From Takakia lepidozioides (Eukaryota > Plantae > Bryophyta), in the NCBI GenBank assembly GCA_030704615.1, contig CM060733.1, forward strand, positions 58,342,001-58,406,000: a DNA stretch of 64,000 nt. Reading direction: 5' to 3'. The translations under genes and the position numbers were made by a program. The stretch's first letter is position 1. Every line of letters begins with the position of its first letter. This document shows, one piece after another, positions 50,970 through 61,116 of the stretch. Below the pieces are notes generated by a model. The model made no database searches, was not told the DNA's origin, and worked only from the letters and a program-made list of their open reading frames with translations.

Positions 50970-51409
50970 GGATATCAGCAGATGAGAAGGCAAGACTGCT
51001 ACACTGTGTTGTTGTAGGTGGTGGTCCTACAGGGGTGGAACTCAGTGGTGAGCTCAGTGACTCATCATGAGAGACGTCTACGGCTAGTTCGGCCATGTGA
51101 AAGATTTTATCCATGTCACACTTATTGAGGCAAAGGAGATTTTTTTTCATCTTTCGATGTTCGACTCCGGGAGTACGCGACCAGGCACCTGATCAAGGGT
51201 TTGGAGGGATAAGCTGGAGGGTCTTAAACGCATAACTGTTTTCAGACTGGGGTAAAGCTGATGCAAGATGTAGTCAAGGATGTTCTGCCAGACAAATTAG
51301 TACTTACGGATGGGACGGAGGTGCCATACGGGCTGCTGGTTTGATCAATGGGTGTTGGATCTTCTTCCTTTGTCCACTCCTTACCTGTGAAGAAGTGCCC
51401 TGGTGGAAG
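50970..51409 (+). pseudogene. NDA: Captured fragment of alternative NAD(P)H:ubiquinone oxidoreductase NDA (2 exons plus an intron remnant)
   Basis: [42 protein letters not shown] / [26 protein letters not shown]. Confidence 0.85.
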
Positions 51410-52257
51410 CTTGGCAGTTGATCCAGTTACTAATGGAAGCCCTACCGCAAACAAAGAGTGTTGCTGAGAGACAAGGAAAGTACCTGGGCAAATCTTTGAA
51501 CAAGCTGGCACAAGCAGGTGGTGGTCAGGCTGGGGTCCTTTTGTAGATATTCTGTGGGCCTTTAATGAGCAAGTGATCCAACCATACTCTAAGCTCAGGC
51601 GTTGAGCAGCCTTACAGGTGAATCTATAGGGTCCCGTGGGAACAATTTCTGCAGCTACACAGGGTGTGTTAGTGGCCTAAGAACAACTTAGAAATGCTTC
51701 AGTGCAAGCCCTGGAAATTGTGGGCATCAATGCCCGTACACACCGATGGCAACGTTGAGTCAATCCCTTCAGCTCATATCCCGCTCATACACCAAGTGTC
51801 ACCTGAAAGGCCAAGACCCGCATCACCGACCTTCACATCCCACGCACTGCCACAGCATAAGAGCACAGAACGAGAGGAGGGTGAATCCAGACTGTGAGAA
51901 CTACATGAACATGTTTGGGAACCCGAAGATAACCAGGGAACAGGGAACCAAGACAAATATATATATATATTTTTTTTAAAGTTTTCTTTGTATTTGTTTG
52001 GTCTTTTGATCTAATTTAAATGATTTAGAGCCAAATTGGTCATATCTTTGTCAAATGGACTCTGTTTGACTCAGTTTTTGGGGGGATAGCTGCAGAAAGG
52101 GGAAATCTACCTATCTTGACCTGGTTTTAGTTTTTGGGACTCTGCTAAAAATCTATGGAATTTTTAGAGTGTGAGTGTGCCATGAAAGATCCACAATTCT
52201 GTTTATAGAACCTGTTCTGGTCTACATGAGAGATAAACCTGGGGATGTACTCCTTGT

Positions 52258-53007
52258 ATGGCTGGGGGAAATGAGGACGTGATTGAAGGGCAGGTCTCTT
52301 CTCTTAGCCTGTGCACCAAAGGGGACAAGATTTATGTTTCCCAAGGAACTCAGACTGATTTGAGTGGAGAACAGTTGGACGAGTTGATTGCATACTGGGA
52401 GTCAGGCATTAGCAGTGGACAACAAACTGCTGTAGTTGGCGTTGAGGGCCTCAATATCGCTTTGGACAGTCAGAACTCTGTTGGAGCCAGCAGTTCTGCA
52501 GCTGTAGGTGAAACACCAAAGTGGGTGAAAGCTAGGCTTGGAACACAGCCAAAGACAGCCCCGGGGACCAAGGTGTTCAGCCACAAGGCCGTGGTGTACT
52601 GGAGCAGAGGAGCAGGAGCCACACAAGTTTGTGCAATCAGACATGGTTGCAGCCGGATACGCTCTGCACAAGGCAACCACGAGCGGGGGTTCATCAGCAA
52701 TGACATGTTTGTTGTGCGTGAAGGAGATGCAGTCATTCGCAATGAGGACACCCGCAACCGTCTCAAAGCTTTCGAGTTGAGAGACTATCAGACCCTACCT
52801 TTGTTTTCTTTAGTATTCAGTGAGCGGGAGATAGGGGAGTATTGCTTTGTCTCTACCTGGCAGAAAGAGGAGGAGGGTTGGTTAGAGCGAGCTACTGTAG
52901 CTTGGGACAAGGTTAGTGGCAGGTTTCTGGACATAGATATACCTCCTACACCTTACCATCATGCAGAGCGAGGCACTTTGAGAGAAGTCTGGCAGTTGAT
53001 AGCATAG
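52258..53007 (+). CDS. Uninterrupted 249-aa accessory ORF upstream of gag, unknown function
   Basis: ATG-TAG ORF inside the element, same strand as gag; no motif recognised. Confidence 0.55.
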   Translation: MAGGNEDVIEGQVSSLSLCTKGDKIYVSQGTQTDLSGEQLDELIAYWESGISSGQQTAVVGVEGLNIALDSQNSVGASSSAAVGETPKWVKARLGTQPKTAPGTKVFSHKAVVYWSRGAGATQVCAIRHGCSRIRSAQGNHERGFISNDMFVVREGDAVIRNEDTRNRLKAFELRDYQTLPLFSLVFSEREIGEYCFVSTWQKEEEGWLERATVAWDKVSGRFLDIDIPPTPYHHAERGTLREVWQLIA

Positions 53008-53525
53008 ATCAGGATTAGATCTTGCTTGGTTGGGCTTTATTCTTCCCCTCCATCTCTGTACTATTTTCATTACCATGTACTTGTAGTTGCCAAAGCCTCT
53101 CTTGGTGGAGGCCAGTCAGTCCGGGGTTTTGGGCTGGGATATTCTGCAGGATCAGCATTGCAGCTGGATTTTGGTGTGGGGGTGTTGATGTTTTGATTTC
53201 TTGTGTTTGGATCCCCCCCAACACCTGCATGCTTGACTGTGCGCCATGTTGGTTTTGTGTGGGCGCTTGCTTTCATAGGGATTAGGCCGGATTTGATCAC
53301 CGGTCAATCCTAGAGTATGCTGTCGGTGGTGAGGCTGGAGTGATGACCAGCAAGACCACCAGTGTTTCTTCTATGGTGAGGCTGGGTTGATGACCAGCCA
53401 ACCATATGAGTTCTTGCGGTGGATGCAGGTGCAGGTGCCCTGAGCCATTGGGATATGACCCTTAAACTGCAACAGGTGCCCACCCGTGTCACTATTAGAT
53501 TAGTACTAGAGCCTTATAGTGTCAC

Positions 53526-56168
53526 GTGGAGGAGGTGCACATTGTGAGTGTCATTACGGAGTTACCCAAGGGTTTTGAGGGGAGTACGGCTACAGGCAGT
53601 AACAGTGAGAGTGGGTTCACAAGACGAGGTATTCGGTTCAGACCACCTTCACCGCCACCCTCAATTACTGTAGAGTCAGACACAGACTCGGAGGCTTCAT
53701 CAACAAGTGTGCACTTTCATTCGCCATTGTTGTGGGACGACATGGAGGAGATGTATGGAGCTACCAAGGGGCCTCGTAGGTACTCTGGAGCTGTGGGCAC
53801 AATTGAGTTGGATGACTTTATCCAGGAGTTTGACAGCTGGTGTGATTTGCAGCAGATGCGCAATCCACAGCTATTCACCCCATTCATGGCGTGGAAGGGA
53901 CTGTTCCAGCATTTGGAAGGCCCGCCTATGGACGATTACCACGAGTTCAGGCGAGGACATGAAGCAGAGATTGAGGAGTGGAGGATGTATTGGTCACCTG
54001 ACTACGTCTCCATTACTCGAGGCACGACGCGACCAGTAGCTACATCAGTACCAATAGCTCCCACTGCCAGCACTAGTAGTGGAGCAAGTAGTGCTGGTAC
54101 TTCTGCAGGTGGTACCAGTTCAAAAGGTGCTACTACTCCTCCTGCCACGACTACAACACATGTGCCTAGATTCAACCCGGTGGTGGAGTTCTTCCAGGAT
54201 TTGCGGAGGAACTACCAAGGTGTACGGACAGAGAAGCTGCGAAGTTTGCAAGACTTCCAGCGCAAACCCAGTGAGAGCCTGCGAGAGGCGTACACTCGTA
54301 TGAGGCGCTTGATAAGTGTGACCCAAGGGGTTACTGAAGCTCAGGCAATCCAGTTTTGGTATGGAATTCTGGACAAGGAGCTCAAGAGAAGGGTGCGAGA
54401 TGCAACCCTGTTACAAGCAGCCCAACCCACATTAACAGATGTGTTTCTACTGGCTGAGCGGATTGAGCTCAACATGGTGGAGAAGCGAGTTGTTACAATT
54501 GGATTTGGCAAGGACATGCCTGTACGGGGCACAACTGTCAGCCCACAGGCACAAGGGACTGCCCAACAGCGTGGTCAGGGGGGCAAGGTTGCCCAGCCCA
54601 AGTTCCATGGAGCTTACAGGGGACCTCAGGTGCAGAGGCCCGTGGCATCTTTTGCAGGCCAACAGCAACCAGGGGTGATATGTTGGACATGTGGAGGACC
54701 CCATGTCAAGAGAGATTGCCCAGAGAGTGGCAGAAGGCCAGCACAAGCACAGCCTGCACAGTTGCAGTGTGTGCATTGTGGCAAGTATGGGCATGGAGAT
54801 GCCCAGTGTTATGACTTGCATCCTGAGTTGCGCCCAGGCCAGTTCCAAGGGAACAATGGTGGCCGGGGGCGAGGTGGACCAGCCCAGAGAGGACGAGGTG
54901 GTCGGGCACGAGGTGCAGGCCAAGGGCAAGCTCAACATGGCCAAGGACGCGGTGGTCAGGGCGTTGATCAAGGCATGGCCAACCGGCTTCAGCAGCTAGA
55001 GCAGAGGCTCGCTGCCATGGCTATAGCTCAGGCGGTACCGGCTCCCAGGCGGGATGGTCCACCTCCTGCTCCTGAGGGAGGAGATATGGGAGGCATGGGA
55101 TTTATGTGCGGAGCAGCACTACCACTAGAGCAGGTGGAGTCTGCTGCAGCCGTGACTCGAGGAGCAGCACGAGTTCCTGAGCCACGAGGTGCAGAGGTGG
55201 AATTGGATCCACAGCGTGGGGAGGCAAGCCGTCAGGCAAGGCTTCCTCAGTCATTCACATTGGCGGAGACTGTGTCGACGCCATCCATGGCACCTAGTTC
55301 TCGCCCGACTGTTACCGAGGCGGAGGTTACTATGCCATTGGGGAGAGCTACACGTGCAGCATTGACTCCTGCTGCCAAGGCTAGTGCGGCCGGTGTGTTA
55401 TTGGGGGCAGCCACCTCTGTGTGTCAGGCCCCACTGTTCTCGGCAACAATGATTGCGACGCCGGGGGTGAGACCAGCTGCAGTGTTCAGACTAGCAGCAA
55501 CACTCTGTGAGAGTGGGGAGGTCACTTCATCTTCTGCGGAGTTAGTGGAAGGTGTAGTGGCAGAGGGATCCTCGGATTTGAGGGTCAAGACTGCCACGGC
55601 TGCGCCATGGCAAGTTGCAGCTGCCAGGTTGACGGAGCTGCCAGCTAGGCCAGCCATTGAGCGCGCCATGGTGACACCTGGAGTTGTCTTGTTAGACAAC
55701 CAGGGAGGCATTTTCACTTTGAGTGGACCGGCAGGCAAGAAGTACCGGCCACTGCGGGTCTTGTTGGACTCAGGAGCTCAGCCACTGATGTTGGGCAGAG
55801 CTGCTATTGCAGGTTTGGGCCTCATGGAGGCGGATATGGAGCCTTGTCCTTTCCAGATACAGACATCTCTGGGAGGATCAGAGCAGGCTCGCGGCATGAC
55901 ACGACATCAGTTGGCTATTAGACTGCAGCCGGATCATCCTGTAGATGGCTCAGTGATGCGAGCCAAGGCCATTGTGACAGACGCGGTCTCTTACGATGTC
56001 CTCGTTGGTGGGGCAGTGTTATACCCCATGGGCTTCACCCTGGATTTCTGGGAGGAGTCAGCATCCTACAGGCCTGGATGGCAGTCGGGGGATGGTCGCC
56101 GTGCACAGCTCCCTGTGACATTCATTGGGGGTATGCAGCTGCCCAGCGGGGCAAGATGCCAACACTAG
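53526..56168 (+). CDS. Gag (two zinc knuckles) plus aspartic protease
   Basis: CWTCGGPHVKRDC, CVHCGKYGHGDAQC, RGG-rich tract, VLLDSGAQ, YDVLVG. First ATG at 53742. Confidence 0.9.
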   Translation: MEEVHIVSVITELPKGFEGSTATGSNSESGFTRRGIRFRPPSPPPSITVESDTDSEASSTSVHFHSPLLWDDMEEMYGATKGPRRYSGAVGTIELDDFIQEFDSWCDLQQMRNPQLFTPFMAWKGLFQHLEGPPMDDYHEFRRGHEAEIEEWRMYWSPDYVSITRGTTRPVATSVPIAPTASTSSGASSAGTSAGGTSSKGATTPPATTTTHVPRFNPVVEFFQDLRRNYQGVRTEKLRSLQDFQRKPSESLREAYTRMRRLISVTQGVTEAQAIQFWYGILDKELKRRVRDATLLQAAQPTLTDVFLLAERIELNMVEKRVVTIGFGKDMPVRGTTVSPQAQGTAQQRGQGGKVAQPKFHGAYRGPQVQRPVASFAGQQQPGVICWTCGGPHVKRDCPESGRRPAQAQPAQLQCVHCGKYGHGDAQCYDLHPELRPGQFQGNNGGRGRGGPAQRGRGGRARGAGQGQAQHGQGRGGQGVDQGMANRLQQLEQRLAAMAIAQAVPAPRRDGPPPAPEGGDMGGMGFMCGAALPLEQVESAAAVTRGAARVPEPRGAEVELDPQRGEASRQARLPQSFTLAETVSTPSMAPSSRPTVTEAEVTMPLGRATRAALTPAAKASAAGVLLGAATSVCQAPLFSATMIATPGVRPAAVFRLAATLCESGEVTSSSAELVEGVVAEGSSDLRVKTATAAPWQVAAARLTELPARPAIERAMVTPGVVLLDNQGGIFTLSGPAGKKYRPLRVLLDSGAQPLMLGRAAIAGLGLMEADMEPCPFQIQTSLGGSEQARGMTRHQLAIRLQPDHPVDGSVMRAKAIVTDAVSYDVLVGGAVLYPMGFTLDFWEESASYRPGWQSGDGRRAQLPVTFIGGMQLPSGARCQH

Positions 56169-57727
56169 CCGCCTTCACAGCTGCCGTTAGTTGGCCTGGA
56201 GAGTTGCTGGAAGGCAATGCCCATGCAGAGGATGTGCCACCTCCAGCAGAGCAGGATGACATGCATGGTACGGCGGAGTTGCCTGCCATGGTTGCTCACA
56301 CTCCGTTGTGGGGTACGAGCAAGGATTTGCAGCAAGCTGCTGATGGACGGGTGCAACAAGCTTGGGAAGAAGCTTTTGTACCGTCAGGAGAGGAGGAGAG
56401 TGCGGTGATTGCACCAGGGCCACCTCAGTTGTCGCCATTGGACACCACACCTCTTGTGTGGCAGCGGCCGGATGAAGGCATTTGCCTTCTGGACTTGTTT
56501 GGCGGGATCAGCACCGGATTGGCTGCTGTGCTACAGGCAGGTGTGCGGGTAAGGCGTTACCTGTATGTGGAGAGGGATGAGACTGCACGACGCGTCTCAC
56601 TGCGCCATGTGGCTCAGTTGGTACAGCAGTACCCTGACTTGTTGCCTGTGTCTGCAGTTCGTGGATACCAACAAGCCTTGCCAGCAGACATTTCCTTGTT
56701 GGGGGCGCAAGATTTGGAGCAGGTTGGCTCCATTGATCTGATAGTGGCAGGTTGGCCCTGCCAAGGGCATTCATCAGCCGGGCATGGCAATGGATTGCGA
56801 GACTCGAGGACGGGTCTGTTTTGGGAGATGGTGCGGATTTTGCGCTGCTTGCAGCTTCATCAAGCTGTATCTCCAGCATACATCTTGGAGAATGTACCAC
56901 TGATGGGTGATTCTCGGGCCAGGGTGATGGCCAGTGTGCATCAAGTCCGGTCGTGGCTTGGGTCAGCAGTGTTGCTGGATGCAGCTGCAGTGGGGTCACG
57001 GGCTCATCGTCCACGACTATGGTGGACTAACTTGATGCCACCCGCACTGCTCAAGCGTGCATTTGATGGGGTGCAGCGGCCAGCACACCTCACCGTGGAT
57101 GGCATTTTGGACACAGGAAGGCAGTCTCAACGTGTGAGACACGATGACCGTTCGCCTTTGGCAGTGGTCAACAGGGTGGGTCAACCACGAGCAGCATTAC
57201 CTACACTGCTCAGCTTCCCAGGATCCCATGCTTTTCGGGATGGTGGACCTGGCCTCTTGTGGGATGCTCAGTTGCAGCAGTTAGTGGAGCCTAATGCCGA
57301 CGAGCGAGAGCGGGCTATGGGGTTTTCCACTGGGACCACGGCGGTGCCTTCTCTTTCTGAGGCATCACGTCGTCAGGTGTTGGGGCAAGCAATGGATCTC
57401 AATTGCTTGACCTGGATTGTCAGCTTGGCTATGGCTGAGCAACGTAGAGTGCGGAGTGCACTTCCCTTGACGGTCTCTCTGCCTACCGAGACGGTACAGG
57501 CAGCGAGTGGGGGCGAGCCGGTGAGGACCACGAGGTGTAGACATCCATGGCACATGTGGGAGGTGCTCGAGGTTCAGAGGGAGTTGGCAGCGAAGGCAGC
57601 TGTGATGGATGAGGTTGGGGATTCTTCTCGGGATGAGGAGGTTCTCAATGATGAGACGATGGGGCAGGATGAGGCCTTGTCATTGACTGAGCAGGAAGGG
57701 GGTACTGCTCAAGAGGTTGCAGCATAG
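56078..57727 (+). CDS. C5 DNA cytosine methyltransferase (DNMT3-like) domain of pol
   Basis: Motif I LDLFGGISTG (about 56489), II YVERD, IV GWPCQG (PCQ at 56756), VI ILENV (ENV at 56888), VIII AHRPRLWWTN (RPR at 57008), IX RERAMGF, X RQVLGQAM. Confidence 0.92.
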   Translation: MAVGGWSPCTAPCDIHWGYAAAQRGKMPTLAAFTAAVSWPGELLEGNAHAEDVPPPAEQDDMHGTAELPAMVAHTPLWGTSKDLQQAADGRVQQAWEEAFVPSGEEESAVIAPGPPQLSPLDTTPLVWQRPDEGICLLDLFGGISTGLAAVLQAGVRVRRYLYVERDETARRVSLRHVAQLVQQYPDLLPVSAVRGYQQALPADISLLGAQDLEQVGSIDLIVAGWPCQGHSSAGHGNGLRDSRTGLFWEMVRILRCLQLHQAVSPAYILENVPLMGDSRARVMASVHQVRSWLGSAVLLDAAAVGSRAHRPRLWWTNLMPPALLKRAFDGVQRPAHLTVDGILDTGRQSQRVRHDDRSPLAVVNRVGQPRAALPTLLSFPGSHAFRDGGPGLLWDAQLQQLVEPNADERERAMGFSTGTTAVPSLSEASRRQVLGQAMDLNCLTWIVSLAMAEQRRVRSALPLTVSLPTETVQAASGGEPVRTTRCRHPWHMWEVLEVQRELAAKAAVMDEVGDSSRDEEVLNDETMGQDEALSLTEQEGGTAQEVAA

Positions 57728-58915
57728 CAACCACGGGACGCGTCCTCTACCTCTAAGCCCACTGGACTTAAGGTTGCAGTTACGGAGGACAATTGGGAGC
57801 CTGACATTGGACCCATTGTCACCGGAGGAGAGAGACGACGTATACGGCGGTTCCTGAGGGCTTATAGGAATTGCTTTGCCTTCAGTTTGAAGGACTTGGG
57901 AGCACTGAAGGGTCAAGAGATCCGTATTGAGTTGGCCACTGACACGCCAATCTTTCGGAGACCCTATAGATACAGTGACATGGAGAGGTCTTTGATTCAG
58001 ATGAGGACTCAAGATCTCTGGGAGGCAGGTTTGGTGGAGCTCTCTGGTGGAGAGTATGCTTCAGCCACAGTGATGCCAGCTAAGAAGGATGTCTATGGCA
58101 ATTGGACGGAGAGACGTATGTGCGGTGATTACCGGCCTGTAAATCGTCAGACCAAGTCCGATAGGTATGCCATGCCAACACCAGAGGAGATCTTTGATGC
58201 CATTGGGCATTCCAAGGTCTTTAGCACGTTGGATTTACGATCCGGATATCACCAGTTGCCGATCAAGGAGGCGGATAAGCAAAAAACGGCATTCTGGGGG
58301 ATCAACGAGCACGGGAAGGATTGCCTATACCAGTGGCGGTTCTTACCATTTGGGCTTAAAAACGCTCCCGCTGAGTTTCAAAGAGTCATGGACAGGATTC
58401 TAGCAGGGGTGGAGTTTGCTCGGTGCTACATAGATGACATCATCATCTTTAGTGCTACGGTGGAGGAGCATGAGAGACACCTTCAGGGGGTATTTGAGCG
58501 CTTGAGGACGCACGGATTGAAGTTACATCCGGGCAAGTGCAAGTTTTTCCACAACCAGATTGAGTATCTGGGTCACATGATATATCCTGGAGGATTGGGG
58601 GTACAACAGACTAAGGTAGAGTCCATTGCACAGGTTCCACGCCCCACGGATGTGAGCCGAGTTCGAGCTTTCATGGGGTTAGCAAACTATTACAGACGGT
58701 TTGTTAAGGGATTTAGTGCCATTGCAAAGGCTCTAACCAGGCTGACCAAGGTGGACCAGGAGTGGCAGTGGGAAGATGAGCAAGAACAAGCTTTTCAAGA
58801 GCTCAAGGCGAGGTTGACCTCGGCGCCCATCTTGAGACGACCTATCAGGGGGCGTCCTTTTCAGCTAAGATTGGAGCATGCTGGGGCTTGGAGCGGTGCT
58901 CACACAGGTGGATGA
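57728..58915 (+). CDS. Reverse transcriptase (same frame as DNMT, after a single TAG)
   Basis: RMCGDYRPVN, LDLRSGYHQL, LPFGLKNAPAEFQR, YIDDIII, YLGH. Confidence 0.95.
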   Translation, partial: QPRDASSTSKPTGLKVAVTEDNWEPDIGPIVTGGERRRIRRFLRAYRNCFAFSLKDLGALKGQEIRIELATDTPIFRRPYRYSDMERSLIQMRTQDLWEAGLVELSGGEYASATVMPAKKDVYGNWTERRMCGDYRPVNRQTKSDRYAMPTPEEIFDAIGHSKVFSTLDLRSGYHQLPIKEADKQKTAFWGINEHGKDCLYQWRFLPFGLKNAPAEFQRVMDRILAGVEFARCYIDDIIIFSATVEEHERHLQGVFERLRTHGLKLHPGKCKFFHNQIEYLGHMIYPGGLGVQQTKVESIAQVPRPTDVSRVRAFMGLANYYRRFVKGFSAIAKALTRLTKVDQEWQWEDEQEQAFQELKARLTSAPILRRPIRGRPFQLRLEHAGAWSGAHTGG

Positions 58916-60856
58916 TGAGGGAAGAGAGTTCGTAGTGGCTTATGCTAGCCGCTCGAACAATGCTGCAGAGTCTAAGTATAGCTCATATGAGGGAGAATGC
59001 TTAGCTGCAGTGTGGGCCGTGGCACACTTCAGGTGCTATCTATACGGCAATCTCTTCACCCTTGTCACGGATCACCAACCACTCAAGTGGTTGATGGAGT
59101 CAGACAAGCTTACGGGGAAGCTTGCACGGTGGGCACTCATCCTTCAAGAGTATGACTTTCAGGTGGTGCATCGACCGGGTTTGGTCAATCGAAATGCAGA
59201 TGGGTTGAGTCGCAATCCATGCACGAGCCAGCAGGATGACACTGGAGCTCGGTGGCATGGTGAGACAGACGAGGAGATGGTGCCCGGATGGCATGCATCT
59301 GCATTTCTGTGTATCTTGGCAGCGGAAGGCCAGGTTGGACCTACAACAGGGATGACTGTAGATCAAGTGTCTGAGGACCCTGAGGCCAGCAATGAGCAGG
59401 GTGGCGCCAAAGATATACATGAGGATTCAGTTGTGTTGGACTACCTCCGCAGTGGAGACACGACAGCCACTATGACTGCCAAGGAGAGGGATCGGATCCT
59501 ACAACGAGCCAAGAGGTTCAGGTGGGAGGGGACACACCTGCTCCGAGTGTGGGAGGATGGTCGAGTGAGGATTGTGCCTCACCCAACACAGCGGGCACGG
59601 TTAGTGCGGCATGCCCATGAGGAGTTGGGGCATTTTGGGGTGCGACGCACTCATAGTCTACTGCAGGGGCAGTATTGGTGGCGTGGTATGCACACAGAGG
59701 TGCAACAATTTGTGGCTAGGTGCATGGTGTGTGACAGGGTGCGTGCTTCATTCAACGCCCCTACTCCACAATTGCACCCTCTTCCGATCATGGGATTGGG
59801 CTACAGGTGGAGTCTTGACTTCGCAGGGCCGTTGCCACTGACCATGCGCCACAACAAGTACGTGTTGGTGATGGTGGAGCACTTCTCCAAGTGGATTGAA
59901 TTGGTTCCATTGCCTGATAAGGCTAGTGAGGGAGCTGCGTATGCATTCTTGGATTGTGTGCTTAGCCGATTCGGTGCTCCAGCTGAGGTACTCACGGACC
60001 AAGGAGAGAGTTCTTGGGGGAGTTTCAGGCTTTGTGTGACAAGGCCTTGATAGACCACCGCACCACTTCTCGGGATCATCCTGAGGCCGATGGCTTGGCA
60101 GAGAGAGTTGTTCAGACAGTAAAGAGGGGTTTGCGCAAGTATGGTTTGCAGCAGGGACACCTAGGAGATTGGGACCTTCAGTTACCCTGGTTAGCCATGG
60201 GCTACAGGTTCAGCAAGCAAGCATCACTTGCCTCCTTCTCACCATACTTTCTTCTCTTTGGCCGAGAGCCGGATTTGCCTACATCCATTCGCAGAGAAGC
60301 TGCTACAGTTCTTAACCTTGACGATCCGGACGTATGGGCACGTGCATGTGAGCAGCGTGCAGAGTTGTTCAAGAGAGTCATGCCCATGGCTTTCGAGAAC
60401 CTTGCCATTGCACAACACCGTGATACGTTGAGGTATGCTACCATACGTGGTGGGGGCTATCGTCCTGGGGTTCGGAGATTCAACCCTGGTGACTATGTCT
60501 ATCTGCAGCAGACTGCTCCTACGACCCTGGATGTGACTGCAGGACGTGTTATTTTGAGGGTTCGAGAGGTCTTGCCCTCAGGCGTCTTGGTCTTGGAGGG
60601 TCGGGATGGCATAACTTGGAAGGACCATGTGCGTAATTGCGCGCCATGTCACCTTCCGAATGTCGATGGCAGGATTGACCCAAACCTGGCAGTGGTATCT
60701 GCAGGTTTGAGGTGCATGTTGTGTGGGTCTGCTAAAGGGGCAGCCACCATACTGGTGTGTGACCGATGCTCTAGAGGTTGGCATATGGGGTGCTTGACTC
60801 CACCTCTTGAGATGGTTCCAGATGGGGATTGGTTATGTCCACAATGCATTGGATAG
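58878..60856 (+). CDS. RNase H, integrase and C-terminal PHD finger (frameshifts near 58870 and 60010)
   Basis: DWS..AYASR..ECLA..TDHQPL..NADGLSR; HHCC; SLDF/TDQG/LAER. PHD C4HC3 CMLC..CDRC..WHMGC..WLCPQC at 60713-60850. Confidence 0.92.
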
Positions 60857-61116
60857 TGGGAGTGGATACAACCATGGGAGGCTAACAAGCAACGCAAGGC
60901 CCAGCTACTAGGAGACCTTGAACACACGAGGTCTTGGCTCAAGTTCACAGATTGCAAGATGGCGACTAACGATGGGGCTACTCTTGTACCCGGCCTCTTG
61001 GTCTATAGAGTTTGAGTACAATAGGAACAGTGATAGAGGACTTAGTACGGCTGTGGCTATTACATCTTGTAGCTATCTGGAGGTAGAGGGACCTATCCAC
61101 CAGCTAGGGGGGCGAT

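Noticed and set aside
56078-57727. Bacterial restriction-modification methylase or contamination
   Set aside because: It is embedded in frame in a Gypsy pol, has no cognate endonuclease, and is flanked by spliced plant genes.
58860-60020. Programmed frameshifts at about 58870 and 60010
   Set aside because: They fall inside conserved RNase H and integrase motifs and lack slippery sites, so they are decay or sequencing indels.
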